In this document: in pieces, positions 18,001-31,519 of the stretch
Numbering within the stretch: position 1 is the first letter of the stretch
How the letters are laid out: the number at the start of each line of letters is the position of its first letter
Assembly (NCBI GenBank): GCA_964247055.1
Contig: OZ176054.1
Coordinates: 10,168,001-10,232,000 of the forward strand
Reading direction: 5' to 3'
Length of the DNA: 64,000 nt
Source: Paragordius varius
Lineage: Eukaryota; Animalia; Nematomorpha
Translations under genes and position numbers: made by a program
Notes under the pieces: model-generated
What the model was told of the DNA's origin: nothing
Seen by the model: the letters and a program-made list of their open reading frames with translations, nothing else
Databases searched by the model: none

Positions 18001-21000
18001 AACAATCAACCATATTTTTTCAACTATGAAATAATATTTCAAATAATCAAAATATACCCAATAAAATTTTAGTACTCCCAAAAATCCTCCATATTTTTCA
18101 ACAATTAAATAATACTTCCAATAATAAAAATATATTACCCAATAATATTAATTTCCAACAATCAACCATATTTTATCAACTATCAAATAATATTTCCAAT
18201 AATCAAAATATATTACCCAAAAATATTTTAGTCCAACAATCAACCATATTTTTCAACAATCAAATAATATTTCCCACAATCAAAATATACCCAATAATAT
18301 TTTAGTATTCCCATCAATCAACCATATTTTTTCAACAATCAAATAATATTTCCAATAATTAAAATATACTACCCAATAATATTTAGTATTCCCAACAATC
18401 CACCATATTTTTTTAACAATCAAATAATATTTCAATAATTAACATATATTACCCAAAAATATTTTTGTATTCCCAACAATCAACCATATTTTTCAACAAT
18501 CGAATAATATTTCCCACAATCAAAATATACCCAATAATATTTTAGTATTCCCAACAATCAACCATATTTTTTCAACAATGAAATAATATTTTCCACAATC
18601 AAAATATACCCAAAAATATTTTTGTATTCCCACAATCAACCATATTTTTTCAACAATCAAATAATATTTCCAATAATTAAAATATACTACCCAATAATAT
18701 TTAGTATTCCCAACAATCCACCATATTTTTTCAACAATCAAATAATATTTCAATAATTAACATATATTACCCAAAAATATTTTTGTATTCCCAACAATCA
18801 ACCATATTTTTCAACAATCGAATAATATTTCCCACAATCAAAATATACCCAATAATATTTTAGTATTCCCAACAATCAACCATATTTTTTCAACAATGAA
18901 ATAATATTTTCCACAATCAAAATATATTACGCAAAAAATATTTTAGTATTCCCCAAAATCAACCATATTTTTTCAACAATCAAATAATATTTACAATAAT
19001 TAAAATATATTACCCAAAAATATTTTTGTATTCCCAACAATCAACCATATTTTATCAACTATCAAATAATAAATCAAATAATCAATATATACCCAATAAT
19101 ATTTTAGTATTCCCAACAATCAACCATATTTTTTCAACAATGAAATAATATTTCCCACAATCAAAATATATTACGCAAAAAATATTCTAGTATTCCCAAA
19201 AATCAACTATATTTTTTCAACAATCAAATAATATTTACAATAATTAAAATATATTACCCAAAAATATTTTTGTATTCCCAACAATCAACCATATTTTTTT
19301 AACTATCAAATAATGTTTCAAATAATCAAAATATATTACCCAAAGATATTTTTGTATTCCAACAATCAACCATATTTTTACAACAATAAAATAATATTTC
19401 CTATAATTAAAATATACTACCCAATAATATTTAGTATTCCCAACAATCAACCATATTTTTTTAACAACTAAATAATATTTCCAATAATTAAAATATATTA
19501 CCCAAAAATATTTTTGTATTCCCAACAATCAACCATATTTTTCAACAATCGAATAATATTTCCCACAATCAAAATATACCCAATAATATTTTAGTATTCC
19601 CAACAATCAACCATATTTTTCAACAATGAAATAATATTTTCCACAATCAAAATATATTACGCAAAAAATATTTTAGTATTCCCAAAAATCAACCATATTT
19701 TTTCAACAATCAAATAATATTTACAATAATTAAAATATACAAAAATATTTTTGTATTCCCAACAATCAACCATATTTTATCAACTATCAAATAATATTTC
19801 AAATAATCAATATATACCCAATAATATTTTAGTATTCCCAACAATCAACCATATTTTTTCAACTATGAAATAATATTTTCCACAATCAAAATATATTACG
19901 CAAAAAATATTTTAGTATTCCCAAAAATCAACTATATTTTTTCAACAATCAAATAATATTTACAATAATTAAAATATATTACCCAAAAATATTTTTGTAT
20001 TCCCAACAATCAACCATATTTTTTCAACTATGAAATAATATTTCAAATAATCAAAATATACCCAATAAAATTTTAGTACTCCCAACAATCCTCCATATTT
20101 TTCAACAATTAAATAATACTTCCAATAATAAAAATATATTACCCAATAATATTAATTTCCAACAATCAACCATATTTTTCAACAATCGAATAATATTTCC
20201 CACAATCAAAATATACCCAATAATATTTTAGTATTCCCAACAATCAACCATATTTTTTCAACAATGAAATAATATTTTCCACAATCAAAATATATTACGC
20301 AAAAAATATTTTAGTACCCCAAAATCAACCATATTTTTTCAACAATCAAATAATATTTACAATAATTAAAATATATTACCCAAAAATATTTTTGTATTCC
20401 CAACAATCAACCATATTTTATCAACTATCAAATAATAAATCAAATAATCAATATATACCCAATAATATTTTAGTATTCCCAACAATCAACCATATTTTTT
20501 CAACAATGAAATAATATTTCCCACAATCAAAATATATTACGCAAAAAATATTCTGGTATTCCCAAAAATCAACTATATTTTTTCAACGATCAAATAATAT
20601 TTACAATAATTAAAATATATTACCCAAAAATATTTTTGTATTCCCAACAATCAACCATATTTTTTTAACTATCAAATAATATTTCAAATAATCAAAATAT
20701 ATTACCCAAAAATATTTTTGTATTCCAACAATCAACCATATTTTTTCAACAATCAAATAATATTTCCTATAATTAAAATATACTACTCAATAATATTTAG
20801 TATTCCCAACAATCCACCATATTTTTTCAACAATCAAATAAAATTTCCCACAATCAAAATATAATTACCCAAAAATATTTTAGTATTCCCAAAAATCAAC
20901 CATATTTTTTCAACAATCAAATAATATTTACAATAATTAAAATATATTACCCAAAAATATTTTTTGTATTCCCAACAATCAACCATATTTTTCAAGAACG

Positions 21001-24000
21001 AAATAATATTTTCCACAATCAAAATATATTACGCAAAAAATATTTTAGTATTCTCAAAAATCAACCATATTTTTTCAACAATCAAATAATATTTACAATA
21101 ATTAAAATATATTACCCAAAAATATTTTTGTATTCCCAACAATCAACCATATTTTATCAACTATCAAATAATATTTCAAATAATCAATATATACCCAATA
21201 ATATTTTAGTATTCCCAACAATCAACCATATTTTTTCAACAATGAAATAATATTTTCCACAATCAAAATATATTACGCAAAAAATATTTTAGTATTCCCA
21301 AAAATCAACTATATTTTTTCAACAATCAAATAATATTTACAATAATTAAAATATATTACCCAAAAATATTTTTGTATTCCCAACAATCAACCCAATTTTT
21401 TCAACTATGAAATAATATTTCAAATAATCAACATATACCCAATAAAATTTTAGTACTCCCAAAAATCCTCCATATTTTTCAACAATTAAATAATACTTCC
21501 AATAATAAAAATATATTACCCAATAATATTAATTTCCAACAATCAACCATATTTTATCAACTATCAAATAATATTTCCAATAATCAAAATATATTACCCA
21601 AAAATATTTTAGTCCAACAATCAACCATATTTTTCAACAATCAAATAATATTTCCCACAATCAAAATATACCCAATAATATTTTAGTATTCCCATCAATC
21701 AACCATATTTTTTCAACAATCAAATAATATTTCCAATAATTAAAATATACTACCCAATAATATTTAGTATTCCCAACAATCCACCATATTTTTTCAACAA
21801 TTAAATAATATTTCAATAATTAACATATATTACCCAAAAATATTTTTGTATTCCCAACAATCAACCATATTTTTCAACAATCGAATAATATTTCCCACAA
21901 TCAAAATATACCCAATAATATTTTAGTATTCCCAACAATCAACCATATTTTTTCAACAATGAAATAATATTTTCCACAATCAAAATATACCCAAAAATAT
22001 TTTTGTATTCCCACAATCAACCATATTTTTTCAACAATCAAATAATATTTCCAATAATTAAAATATACTACCCAATAATATTTAGTATTCCCAACAATCC
22101 ACCATATTTTTTCAACAATCAAATAATATTTCAATAATTAACATATATTACCCAAAAATATTTTTGTATTCCCAACAATCAACCATATTTTTCAACAATC
22201 GAATAATATTTCCCACAATCAAAATATACCCAATAATATTTTAGTATTCCCAACAATCAACCATATTTTTTCAACAATGAAATAATATTTTCCACAATCA
22301 AAATATATTACGCAAAAAATATTTTAGTATTCCCCAAAATCAACCATATTTTTTCAACAATCAAATAATATTTACAATAATTAAAATATATTACCCAAAA
22401 ATATTTTTGTATTCCCAACAATCAACCATATTTTATCAACTATCAAATAATAAATCAAATAATCAATATATACCCAATAATATTTTAGTATTCCCAACAA
22501 TCAACCATATTTTTTCAACAATGAAATAATATTTTCCACAATCAAAATATATTACGCAAAAAATATTTTAGTATTCCCAAAAATCAACTATATTTTTTCA
22601 ACAATCAAATAATATTTACAATAATTAAAATATATTACCCAAAAATATTTTTGTATTCCCAACAATCAACCCAATTTTTTCAACTATGAAATAATATTTC
22701 AAATAATCAACATATACCCAATAAAATTTTAGTACTCCCAAAAATCCTCCATATTTTTCAACAATTAAATAATACTTCCAATAATAAAAATATATTACCC
22801 AATAATATTAATTTCCAACAATCAACCATATTTTATCAACTATCAAATAATATTTCCAATAATCAAAATATATTACCCAAAAATATTTTAGTCCAACAAT
22901 CAACCATATTTTTCAACAATCAAATAATATTTCCCACAATCAAAATATACCCAATAATATTTTAGTATTCCCATCAATCAACCATATTTTTTCAACAATC
23001 AAATAATATTTCCAATAATTAAAATATACTACCCAATAATATTTAGTATTCCCAACAATCCACCATATTTTTTCAACAATTAAATAATATTTCAATAATT
23101 AACATATATTACCCAAAAATATTTTTGTATTCCCAACAATCAACCATATTTTTCAACAATCGAATAATATTTCCCACAATCAAAATATACCCAATAATAT
23201 TTTAGTATTCCCAACAATCAACCATATTTTTTCAACAATGAAATAATATTTTCCACAATCAAAATATACCCAAAAATATTTTTGTATTCCCACAATCAAC
23301 CATATTTTTTCAACAATCAAATAATATTTCCAATAATTAAAATATACTACCCAATAATATTTAGTATTCCCAACAATCAACCATATTTTTTTAACAACTA
23401 AATAATATTTCCAATAATTAAAATATATTACCCAAAAATATTTTTGTATTCCCAACAATCAACCATATTTTTCAACAATCGAATAATATTTCCCACAATC
23501 AAAATATACCCAATAATATTTTAGTATTCCCAACAATCAACCATATTTTTCAACAATGAAATAATATTTTCCACAATCAAAATATATTACGCAAAAAATA
23601 TTTTAGTATTCCCAAAAATCAACCATATTTTTTCAACAATCAAATAATATTTACAATAATTAAAATATACAAAAATATTTTTGTATTCCCAACAATCAAC
23701 CATATTTTATCAACTATCAAATAATATTTCAAATAATCAATATATACCCAATAATATTTTAGTATTCCCAACAATCAACCATATTTTTTCAACTATGAAA
23801 TAATATTTTCCACAATCAAAATATATTACGCAAAAAATATTTTAGTATTCCCAAAAATCAACTATATTTTTTCAACAATCAAATAATATTTACAATAATT
23901 AAAATATATTACCCAAAAATATTTTTGTATTCCCAACAATCAACCATATTTTTTCAACTATGAAATAATATTTCAAATAATCAAAATATACCCAATAAAA

Positions 24001-27000
24001 TTTTAGTACTCCCAACAATCCTCCATATTTTTCAACAATTAAATAATACTTCCAATAATAAAAATATATTACCCAATAATATTAATTTCCAACAATCAAC
24101 CATATTTTTTCAACTATCAAATAATATTTCCAATAATCAAAATATATTACCCAAAAATATTTTAGTCCAACAATCAACCATATTTTTTCAACTATGAAAT
24201 ATTATTTCAAATAGTCAAAATATACCCAATAAAATTTTAGTACTCCCAACAATCCTCCATATTTTTCAACAATTAAATAATACTTCCAATAATAAAAATA
24301 TATTACCCAATAATATTAATTTCCAACAATCAACCATATTTTTTCAACTATCAAATAATATTTCCAATAATCAAAATATATTACCCAAAAATATTTTAGT
24401 CCAACAATCAACCATATTTTTCAACAATCAAATAATATTTCCCACAATCAAAATATACCCAATAATATTTTAGTATTCCCATCAATCAACCATATTTTTT
24501 CAACAATCAAATAATATTTCCAATAATTAAAATGTATTACCCAAAAATATTTTTGTATTCCTATAATCAACCATATTTTTTCAACAATCAAATAATATTT
24601 CCAATAATTAAAATATACTACCCAATAATATTTAGTATTCCCAACAATCCACCATATTTTTTCAACAATCAAATAATATTTCAATAATTAACATATATTA
24701 CCCAAAAATATTTTTGTATTCCCGAAAATCAACCATATTTTTTCAACTATCAAATAATATTTCAAATAATCAAAATATACCCAATAAAATTTTAGTACTC
24801 CTAACAATCCACCATATTTTTCAACAATCAAAATATATTAACATTCATATTATATAAACCAATAATATTTTAGTATTCCCACAATCAACCATATTTTTTC
24901 AACAATCAAAAAATATTTCCTATAATTAAAATATACTACCCAATAATATTTAGTATTCCCAACAATCCACCATATTTTTTCAACAATCAAATAAAATTTC
25001 CCACAATCAAAATATAATTACCCAAAAATATTTTAGTATTCCCAAAAATCAACCATATTTTTTCAACAATCAAATAATATTTACAATAATTAAAATATAT
25101 TACCCAAAAATATTTTTTGTATTCCCAACAATCAACCATATTTTATCAACTATCAAATAATATTTCCCACAATCAAAATATATTACGCAAAAAATATTTT
25201 AGTATTCCCAAAAATCAACTATATTTTTTCAACAATCAAATAATATTTCCAATAATTAAAATATATTACCCAAAAATATTTTTGTATTCCCAACAATCAA
25301 CCATATTTTTCAAAAATTAAATAATATTTCCAATAATTAAAATATATTACCCAATAATATTTTAGTATTCCCATCAATCAACCATATTTTTTCAACAATC
25401 GAATAATATTTCCCACAATCAAAATATACCCAATAAAATTTTAGTATTCCCAACAATCAACCATATTTTTTCAACAATGAAATAATATTTTCCACAATCA
25501 AAATATATTACGCAAAAAATATTTTAGTATTCCCAAAAATCAACCATATTTTTTCAACAATCAAATAATATTTGCAATAATTAAAATATAAAAATATTTT
25601 TGTATTCCCAACAATAAACCATATTTTATCAACTATCAAATAATAAATCAAATAATCAATATATACCCAATAATATTTTAGTATTCCCAACAATCAACCA
25701 TATTTTTTCAACAAGGAAATAATATTTCCCACAATCAAAATATATTACGCAAAAAATATTTTTAGTATTCCCAAAAATCAACTATATTTTTTCAACAATC
25801 AAATAATATTTCCAATAATTAAAATATATTACTCAAAAATATTTTTGTATTCCCAACAATCAACCATATTTTTTCAACTATCAAATAATATTTCAAATAA
25901 TCAAAATATATTACCCAAAAATATTTTTGTATTCCCAACAATCAACCATATTTTTTTAACAACTAAATAATATTTCCAATAATTAAAATATATTACCCAA
26001 AAATATTTTTGTATTCCCAACAATCAACCATATTTTTCAACAATCGAATAATATTTCCCACAATCAAAATATACCCAATAATATTTTAGTATTCCCAACA
26101 ATCAACCATATTTTTTCAACAATGAAATAAAATTTTCCACAATCAAAATATATTACGCAAAAAATATTTTAGTATTCCCAAAAATCAACCATATTTTTTC
26201 AACAATCAAATAATATTTACGATAATTAAAATATATTACCCAAAAATATTTTTGTATTCCCAACAATCAACCATATTTTGTCAACTATCAAATAATATTT
26301 CAAATAATCAAAATATATTACCCAAAAATATTTTTGTATTCCAACAATCAACCATATTTTTTCAACAATCAAATAATATTTCCTATAATTAAAATATACT
26401 ACCCAATAATATTTAGTATTCCCAACAATCAACCATATTTTTTTAACAACTAAATAATATTTCCAATAATTAAAATATATTACCCAAAAATATTTTTGTA
26501 TTCCCAACAATCAACCATTATTTTCAACAATCGAATAATATTTCCCACAATCAAAATATACCCAATAATATTTTAGTATTCCCAACAATCAACCATATTT
26601 TTCAACAATGAAATAATATTTTCCACAATCAAAATATATTACGCAAAAAATATTTTAGTATTCCCAAAAATCAACCATATTTTATCAACAATCAAATAAT
26701 ATTTACAATAATTAAAATATATTACCCAAAAATATTTTTGTATTCCCAACAATCAACCATATTTTTTCAACTATCAAATAATATTTCAAATAATCAAAAT
26801 ATACCCAATAAAATTTTAGTATTTCCAACAATCCACCATATTTTTCAACAATTAAATAATACTTCCAATAAAAAAAATATATTACCCAGTAATATTAATT
26901 TCCAACAATCAACCATATTTTTTCAACTATCAAATAATATTTCCAATCCAAAAATATTTTAGTCCAACAATCAACCATATTTTTCCACAATCAAATAACA

Positions 27001-27720
27001 GTTCCCACAATCAAAATATACCCAATAATATTTTATTCTTCCCATCAATCAACCATATTTTTTCAACAATCAAATAATATTTCCAATAATTAAAATATAT
27101 TACCCAAAAATATTTTTGTATTCCCACAATCAACCATATTTTTTCAACAAAAAATAATATTTCCTATAATTAAAATATACTACCAAATAATATATAGTAT
27201 TCCCAACAATCAACCATATTTTATAAACAATTAAATAATATTTCCAATAATTAAAATATAATACCCCAAAATATTTTAGTATTCCTAATCAACCATATTT
27301 TATTAACAATCAAATAATATTTCAAATAATCAAAATATAGTGCCTAAAAATATTTTAGTACTCCCAACAATCCACCATATTTTTCAACAATCAAAATATA
27401 TTAACATTCATATTATATAAACCAATAATATTTTAGTATTCGCACAATCAACCATATTTTTTCAACCATCAAATAATATTTCCAATAATTAAAATATACT
27501 ACCCAATAATATATAGTATTCCCAACAATCAACCATATTTTTTAAACAACTAAATAATATTTCCAATAATTAAAATATATTACCCCAAAATATTTTAGTA
27601 TTCCCAACAATCAACCATATTTTATCAACAATCAAATAATATTTCAAATATCAAAATATACCCAATAAAATTTTAGTACTCCTAACAATCCACCATAATT
27701 TTTCAACAATCAAATAATAT
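1..27720 (+). repeat. Satellite array I: ~79-82 bp monomer (consensus close to TTCCCAACAATCAACCATATTTTTTCAACAATCAAATAATATTTCCAATAATTAAAATATATTACCCAAAAATATTTTTGTA), starts before the window
   Basis: Continuous tandem repetition, e.g. GTATTCCC at 10563 and 10645 (82 bp apart); variants with AAAATATACCC are ~79 bp. The + strand is almost G-free. The array ends abruptly at ...CAAATAATAT|TATAAAAATATGG (27720/27721). Confidence 0.97.
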
Positions 27721-27872
27721 TATAAAAATATGGAAATTTATTTAAAACGTATCATAGAATAAATAAAATTCGAACGGTTTCGGACATTTTAACGTGTGTC
27801 CGTCCTCAGCGTAAAAAAAAATAAAAATTAGGATGGATAAAATGGTGCTTTATATACAATTTTTAAAAACGT
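27721..27872 (-). repeat. PLE pseudo-LTR copy 1 (3' end of the full unit)
   Basis: 152 bp, near-identical to 30635-30788 (direct) and 31520-31672 (inverted). Confidence 0.93.
27769..27814 (-). ncRNA. Minimal type I hammerhead ribozyme motif (pLTR copy 1)
   Basis: The minus strand reads TTACG-CTGAGGA-C-GGACA-cacgttaaaa-TGTCC-GAAA-CC-GTT-CGAA: CUGANGA and GAAA core, 5-bp stem II, GUU triplet. Predicted cut between 27773 and 27772. Hammerheads in PLE pLTRs are established. Confidence 0.8.
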
Positions 27873-28039
27873 TTATTGTTGTTTCTTTTCTCTTAACAAA
27901 TGATAATTTAAAACCATTTGTCATTGAGAGTGGTTTAAACCATGTCAACAAACAATCATAACCAAATACTAAAAAAAAGACACAAAGAATAAATAATGGA
28001 GAACAACTTTGAGTGGAAAACAAAAGAGTCCATATGGGA

Positions 28040-28678
28040 TCAATCATCAAGAATGACTTTCCATATATCACTCATCTTTTGTCCCTCCTCTCGGTTAAAG
28101 TTGTTTCCTTTGAGAATCTCTAATGATTCCCGCGTAAGCCTTTGATTATTATTGAAAATTGTAATGCAACTGACATTGTCAAAGGAAACATTATGATTTT
28201 CCTTCCAACAATGTTCCGCAATACAACTCTTAAAATCTTTATGTTATACTTGTGTTCATTCAGGCGTGTTTTAACTTTCCTTGCGGTTTGGCCGATATAT
28301 ACCCTGCCACACTCGCATGGAACTTTATACACCCCTGGATAATTTAATTTGGATTTATTATTATTTGATAAAAAAGTTTTTAATTTAAGACCTGGTTTAA
28401 ACCCCACACCAATGTCAAATTGCTTTAAAGTGTGAGCTATGCGATTGGTGATGAAACTTATAATTTTTTGTGTTTTCTTTGGTATTATTTAGTGATAAAA
28501 TTGCTCGATGGATATCGTTTGCAGAATATCCATTTTTTAAAAAGGTTTCCACAAAACGCTCTGTTATAATATTCTTATTTGCATTATCTGTCAGTTTAAG
28601 CCGGCGAAAGATTTGATTTTTCAAAACATTCTTTTTTTGTAACGAGTTATGGTAAGAACTTTTATGTAAATATGTATT
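28040..28678 (-). pseudogene. Disrupted C-terminal part of the PLE ORF (thumb, linker, GIY-YIG endonuclease), left arm
   Basis: In-frame continuation after the TAA, then a frameshift near 28460 where the usual LPY..G linker is missing, then GVYKVPCECGRVYIGQTARKVKTRLNEHK, then a 7-nt deletion relative to the right arm. Confidence 0.88.
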
Positions 28679-30586
28679 TTAATGAGTGGGTTTTTGATAA
28701 AAACTGTATGACAATGTTGTGTCATTTCGAGTAATTAAAACATCTAAAAATGGTAGTGATCGGTTAGCCTCAAATTCGACGGTTAACCGTATGTTAAAAG
28801 GATTCGAATTTATATAATCTAAAAATAAGGAGAGATCAGTTCTTGTATGTGGCCAAATGATAAACATATCGTCCACATACCGGGTATAAAATTTTGGTTT
28901 TAAAAAATAATTTAATATAAATTGATTTTCAAATGTTTCCATAAAAAGATCAGCTAGAATGTGGGAAATTGGGGAACCCATCGGTACCTCGTCTTTCTGC
29001 AAGTAAAAATTATCATTGAATTCAAAAAAATTATTATTTATACAAAATTCAATCAGGGAAATATATTTCGCATCCACCTTTAAATCTTTTAGAAGATGGG
29101 TTAACTCCTTGAGGGGTACACTGGTAAAGAGGCTTTCCACATCTAAACTTATTAATAAATCGGTTTCAGCTACTTGTATATCCCTTATTCTATCTAAAAA
29201 TTCAAACGAATTTTTTAATTTGTTTTTTAAGAAGGGTTGCAAATATTCTGATAAATGCTGTGCCAAAATATATAAAGATGAATTTTTGGTGGATACAATT
29301 GGACGCAGTGGAACATCCGTTTTATGCGTTTTTGGGACACCATACATACTGGGATTAATAGGGCATTGAGGAATTAACGAATTGTGTAAATGTGAGGGAA
29401 TGGGAGATGATTTTATCATTTTTTTAACATTTATGTGTAATGTGTTAAAAGGGCATCGTGTGATCTTTTTATATTTGGATGTATCTTCTAAAATATGTTG
29501 CATTTTTTGATTATAGTCTAACAAGTTCATTATAACTACTTGGTTTCCTTTGTCAGAGTTTGAAATAAAAATATCATTATTATTTTTCAACTCTTTTAAT
29601 GCTATATATTGTTCACGTGATATGTTTGATCGCCTTCTTTCATCTTTGTTGTTCTTAAGGATAGATACGACTTGCATTCTGATGATGTCAGCTATTTTTG
29701 GATCTATACGAGAGAGACCTGCTTCAACGTTTGAAATAATTTGTTCTACTGGCACAACTGAGGGAGAAATAGCAAATTTTAGGCCTTTATTTAAAATTGA
29801 GCTCATATGGTCATTAAGCACCATGTTTGACATGTTTACGATCAGGTTTTCGTTGTTATTATTAACTTTGTTTGTCACTTGATTTGTTTTTATTGATTCA
29901 TGTAAATTATTTTTATTGATGGGGTTTTTTTCCTTATTGTTATTTCCTTCAATGTAGTATTTTGAGCAGGTAGGTTGGTCATCTATAGAAAGGTGTTTAA
30001 ACTGTTGGTGAAGTGTTTTAGACATCAATACGTCTGTTTCTTTTTTATCTAAATGAGTAGGTTCCAATTTTATGTCATTATTATACGACTTTTGGTTGTT
30101 TTTAATTTTGTTAACATTTAGGGTATCTAACCGTTTTTTAACATTAGCTATTAATCTCTCTTCATTTCTAACTTTATTGTTTCTTTCTTTTTCAAAAAGG
30201 TTGTTAAATTTTTTAATATGTATAGCTTTATATTTGTTAAAAATGTTTTCACTTTTAAAAAACAAAAACGTGTCTAGTTTAATCCAAGATTCGCTTGAAA
30301 GATTATTTGATAAAAATATGTGTAATTTGAGTAACTCACTAGAAGTCTTATTCAGAATATAATATTTTTCTTGAATGTATTTACGTAATATCACTGATTC
30401 GCATGCTCGAATTTTTTGTATGTACCAATGATAATGAAATTTGTGTTTTATTTTTAAAAAATTCGGAATTAATTTAGCGTGGTAACATCTTTTTAAAAAA
30501 ATTAACTCATTTAAAAGATGAGATCTTTTTGTTCGTAATTTAATAAATTCATTACGAAGAGATTTGAATTGAAGATCATAAACCAT
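28679..30586 (-). CDS. Penelope-like reverse transcriptase ORF (635 aa, truncated by a premature TAA)
   Basis: PLE-type motifs: N-terminal ELIFLKRC..LIPNFLK, SDKGNQVVIMN..DY, MYGVPKTHKTDVPLRPIVS, LDVESLFTSVP, QKDEVPMGSP (G->E in motif B) and RYVDDMFII. It ends at YQKPTH*, and the same frame continues NTYLHKSSYH... Confidence 0.92.
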   Translation of the reverse strand: MVYDLQFKSLRNEFIKLRTKRSHLLNELIFLKRCYHAKLIPNFLKIKHKFHYHWYIQKIRACESVILRKYIQEKYYILNKTSSELLKLHIFLSNNLSSESWIKLDTFLFFKSENIFNKYKAIHIKKFNNLFEKERNNKVRNEERLIANVKKRLDTLNVNKIKNNQKSYNNDIKLEPTHLDKKETDVLMSKTLHQQFKHLSIDDQPTCSKYYIEGNNNKEKNPINKNNLHESIKTNQVTNKVNNNNENLIVNMSNMVLNDHMSSILNKGLKFAISPSVVPVEQIISNVEAGLSRIDPKIADIIRMQVVSILKNNKDERRRSNISREQYIALKELKNNNDIFISNSDKGNQVVIMNLLDYNQKMQHILEDTSKYKKITRCPFNTLHINVKKMIKSSPIPSHLHNSLIPQCPINPSMYGVPKTHKTDVPLRPIVSTKNSSLYILAQHLSEYLQPFLKNKLKNSFEFLDRIRDIQVAETDLLISLDVESLFTSVPLKELTHLLKDLKVDAKYISLIEFCINNNFFEFNDNFYLQKDEVPMGSPISHILADLFMETFENQFILNYFLKPKFYTRYVDDMFIIWPHTRTDLSLFLDYINSNPFNIRLTVEFEANRSLPFLDVLITRNDTTLSYSFYQKPTH

Positions 30587-30634
30587 ATTGGTATATAAAT
30601 TGAAGAATATAAATTATTTTCGACACGTGAATAG

Positions 30635-30788
30635 TATAAAAATATGGAAATTTATTTAAAACGTATCATAGAATAAATAAAATTCGAACGGTTTCGGACA
30701 TTTTAACGTGTGTCCGTCCTCAGCGTAAAAAAAAATATAAAAATTAGGATGGATAAAATGGTGCTTTATATACAATTTTTAAAAACGT
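30635..30788 (-). repeat. PLE pseudo-LTR copy 2 (5' end of the full unit, upstream of the ORF ATG at 30586)
   Basis: Direct repeat of 27721-27872. It joins the inverted copy at ...AAAACGT|AAACTGAC with 1 nt (T) of microhomology. Confidence 0.93.
30683..30728 (-). ncRNA. Minimal type I hammerhead ribozyme motif (pLTR copy 2)
   Basis: Identical 46-nt motif. Predicted cut between 30687 and 30686. Confidence 0.8.
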
Positions 30789-30978
30789 AAACTGACAGAT
30801 AATGCAAATAAGAATATTATAACAGAGCGTTTTGTGGAAACCTTTTTAAAAAATGGATATTCTGCAAACGATATCCATCGAGCAATTTTATCACTAAATA
30901 ATACCAAAGAAAACACAAAAAATTATAAGTTTCATCACCGATCGCATAGCTCACACTTTAAAGCAATTTGACATTGGT

Positions 30979-31353
30979 GTGGGGTTTAAACCAGGTCTTA
31001 AATTAAAAACTTTTTTATCAAATAATAATAAATCCAAATTAAATTATCCAGGGGTGTATAAAGTTCCATGCGAGTGTGGCAGGGTATATATCGGCCAAAC
31101 CGCAAGGAAAGTTAAAACACGCCTGAATGAACACAAGTATAACATAAAGAATGGAGATTTTAAGAGTTGTATTGCGGAACATTGTTGGAAGGAAAATCAT
31201 AATGTTTCCTTTGACAATGTCAGTTGCATTACAATTTTCAATAATAATCAAAGGCTTACGCGGGAATCATTAGAGATTCTCAAAGGAAACAACTTTAACC
31301 GAGAGGAGGGACAAAAGATGAGTGATATATGGAAAGTCATTCTTGATGATTGA
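30979..31353 (+). CDS. GIY-YIG endonuclease domain of the inverted, 5'-truncated PLE copy
   Basis: PGVYKVPCECGRVYIGQTARKVKTRLNEHK...IAEHC...NREEG (GIY-YIG with the PLE CCHH residues) is intact to its natural stop. It shares the upstream linker frameshift with the left arm, so it is probably not expressed as a full ORF. Confidence 0.85.
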   Translation: MGFKPGLKLKTFLSNNNKSKLNYPGVYKVPCECGRVYIGQTARKVKTRLNEHKYNIKNGDFKSCIAEHCWKENHNVSFDNVSCITIFNNNQRLTRESLEILKGNNFNREEGQKMSDIWKVILDD

Positions 31354-31519
31354 TCCCATATGGACTCTTTTGTTTTCCACTCAAAGTTGTTGTCCATTAT
31401 TTATTCTTTGTGTCTTTTTTTAGTATATGGTTATGATTGTTTGTTGACATGGTTTAAACCACTCTCAATGACAAATGGTTTTAAATTATCATTTGTTAAG
31501 AGAAAAGAAACAACAATAA

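Noticed and set aside
1-27720. CRISPR-like array
   Set aside because: No unique spacers, no cas genes, and a eukaryotic context; it is a continuous tandem repeat.
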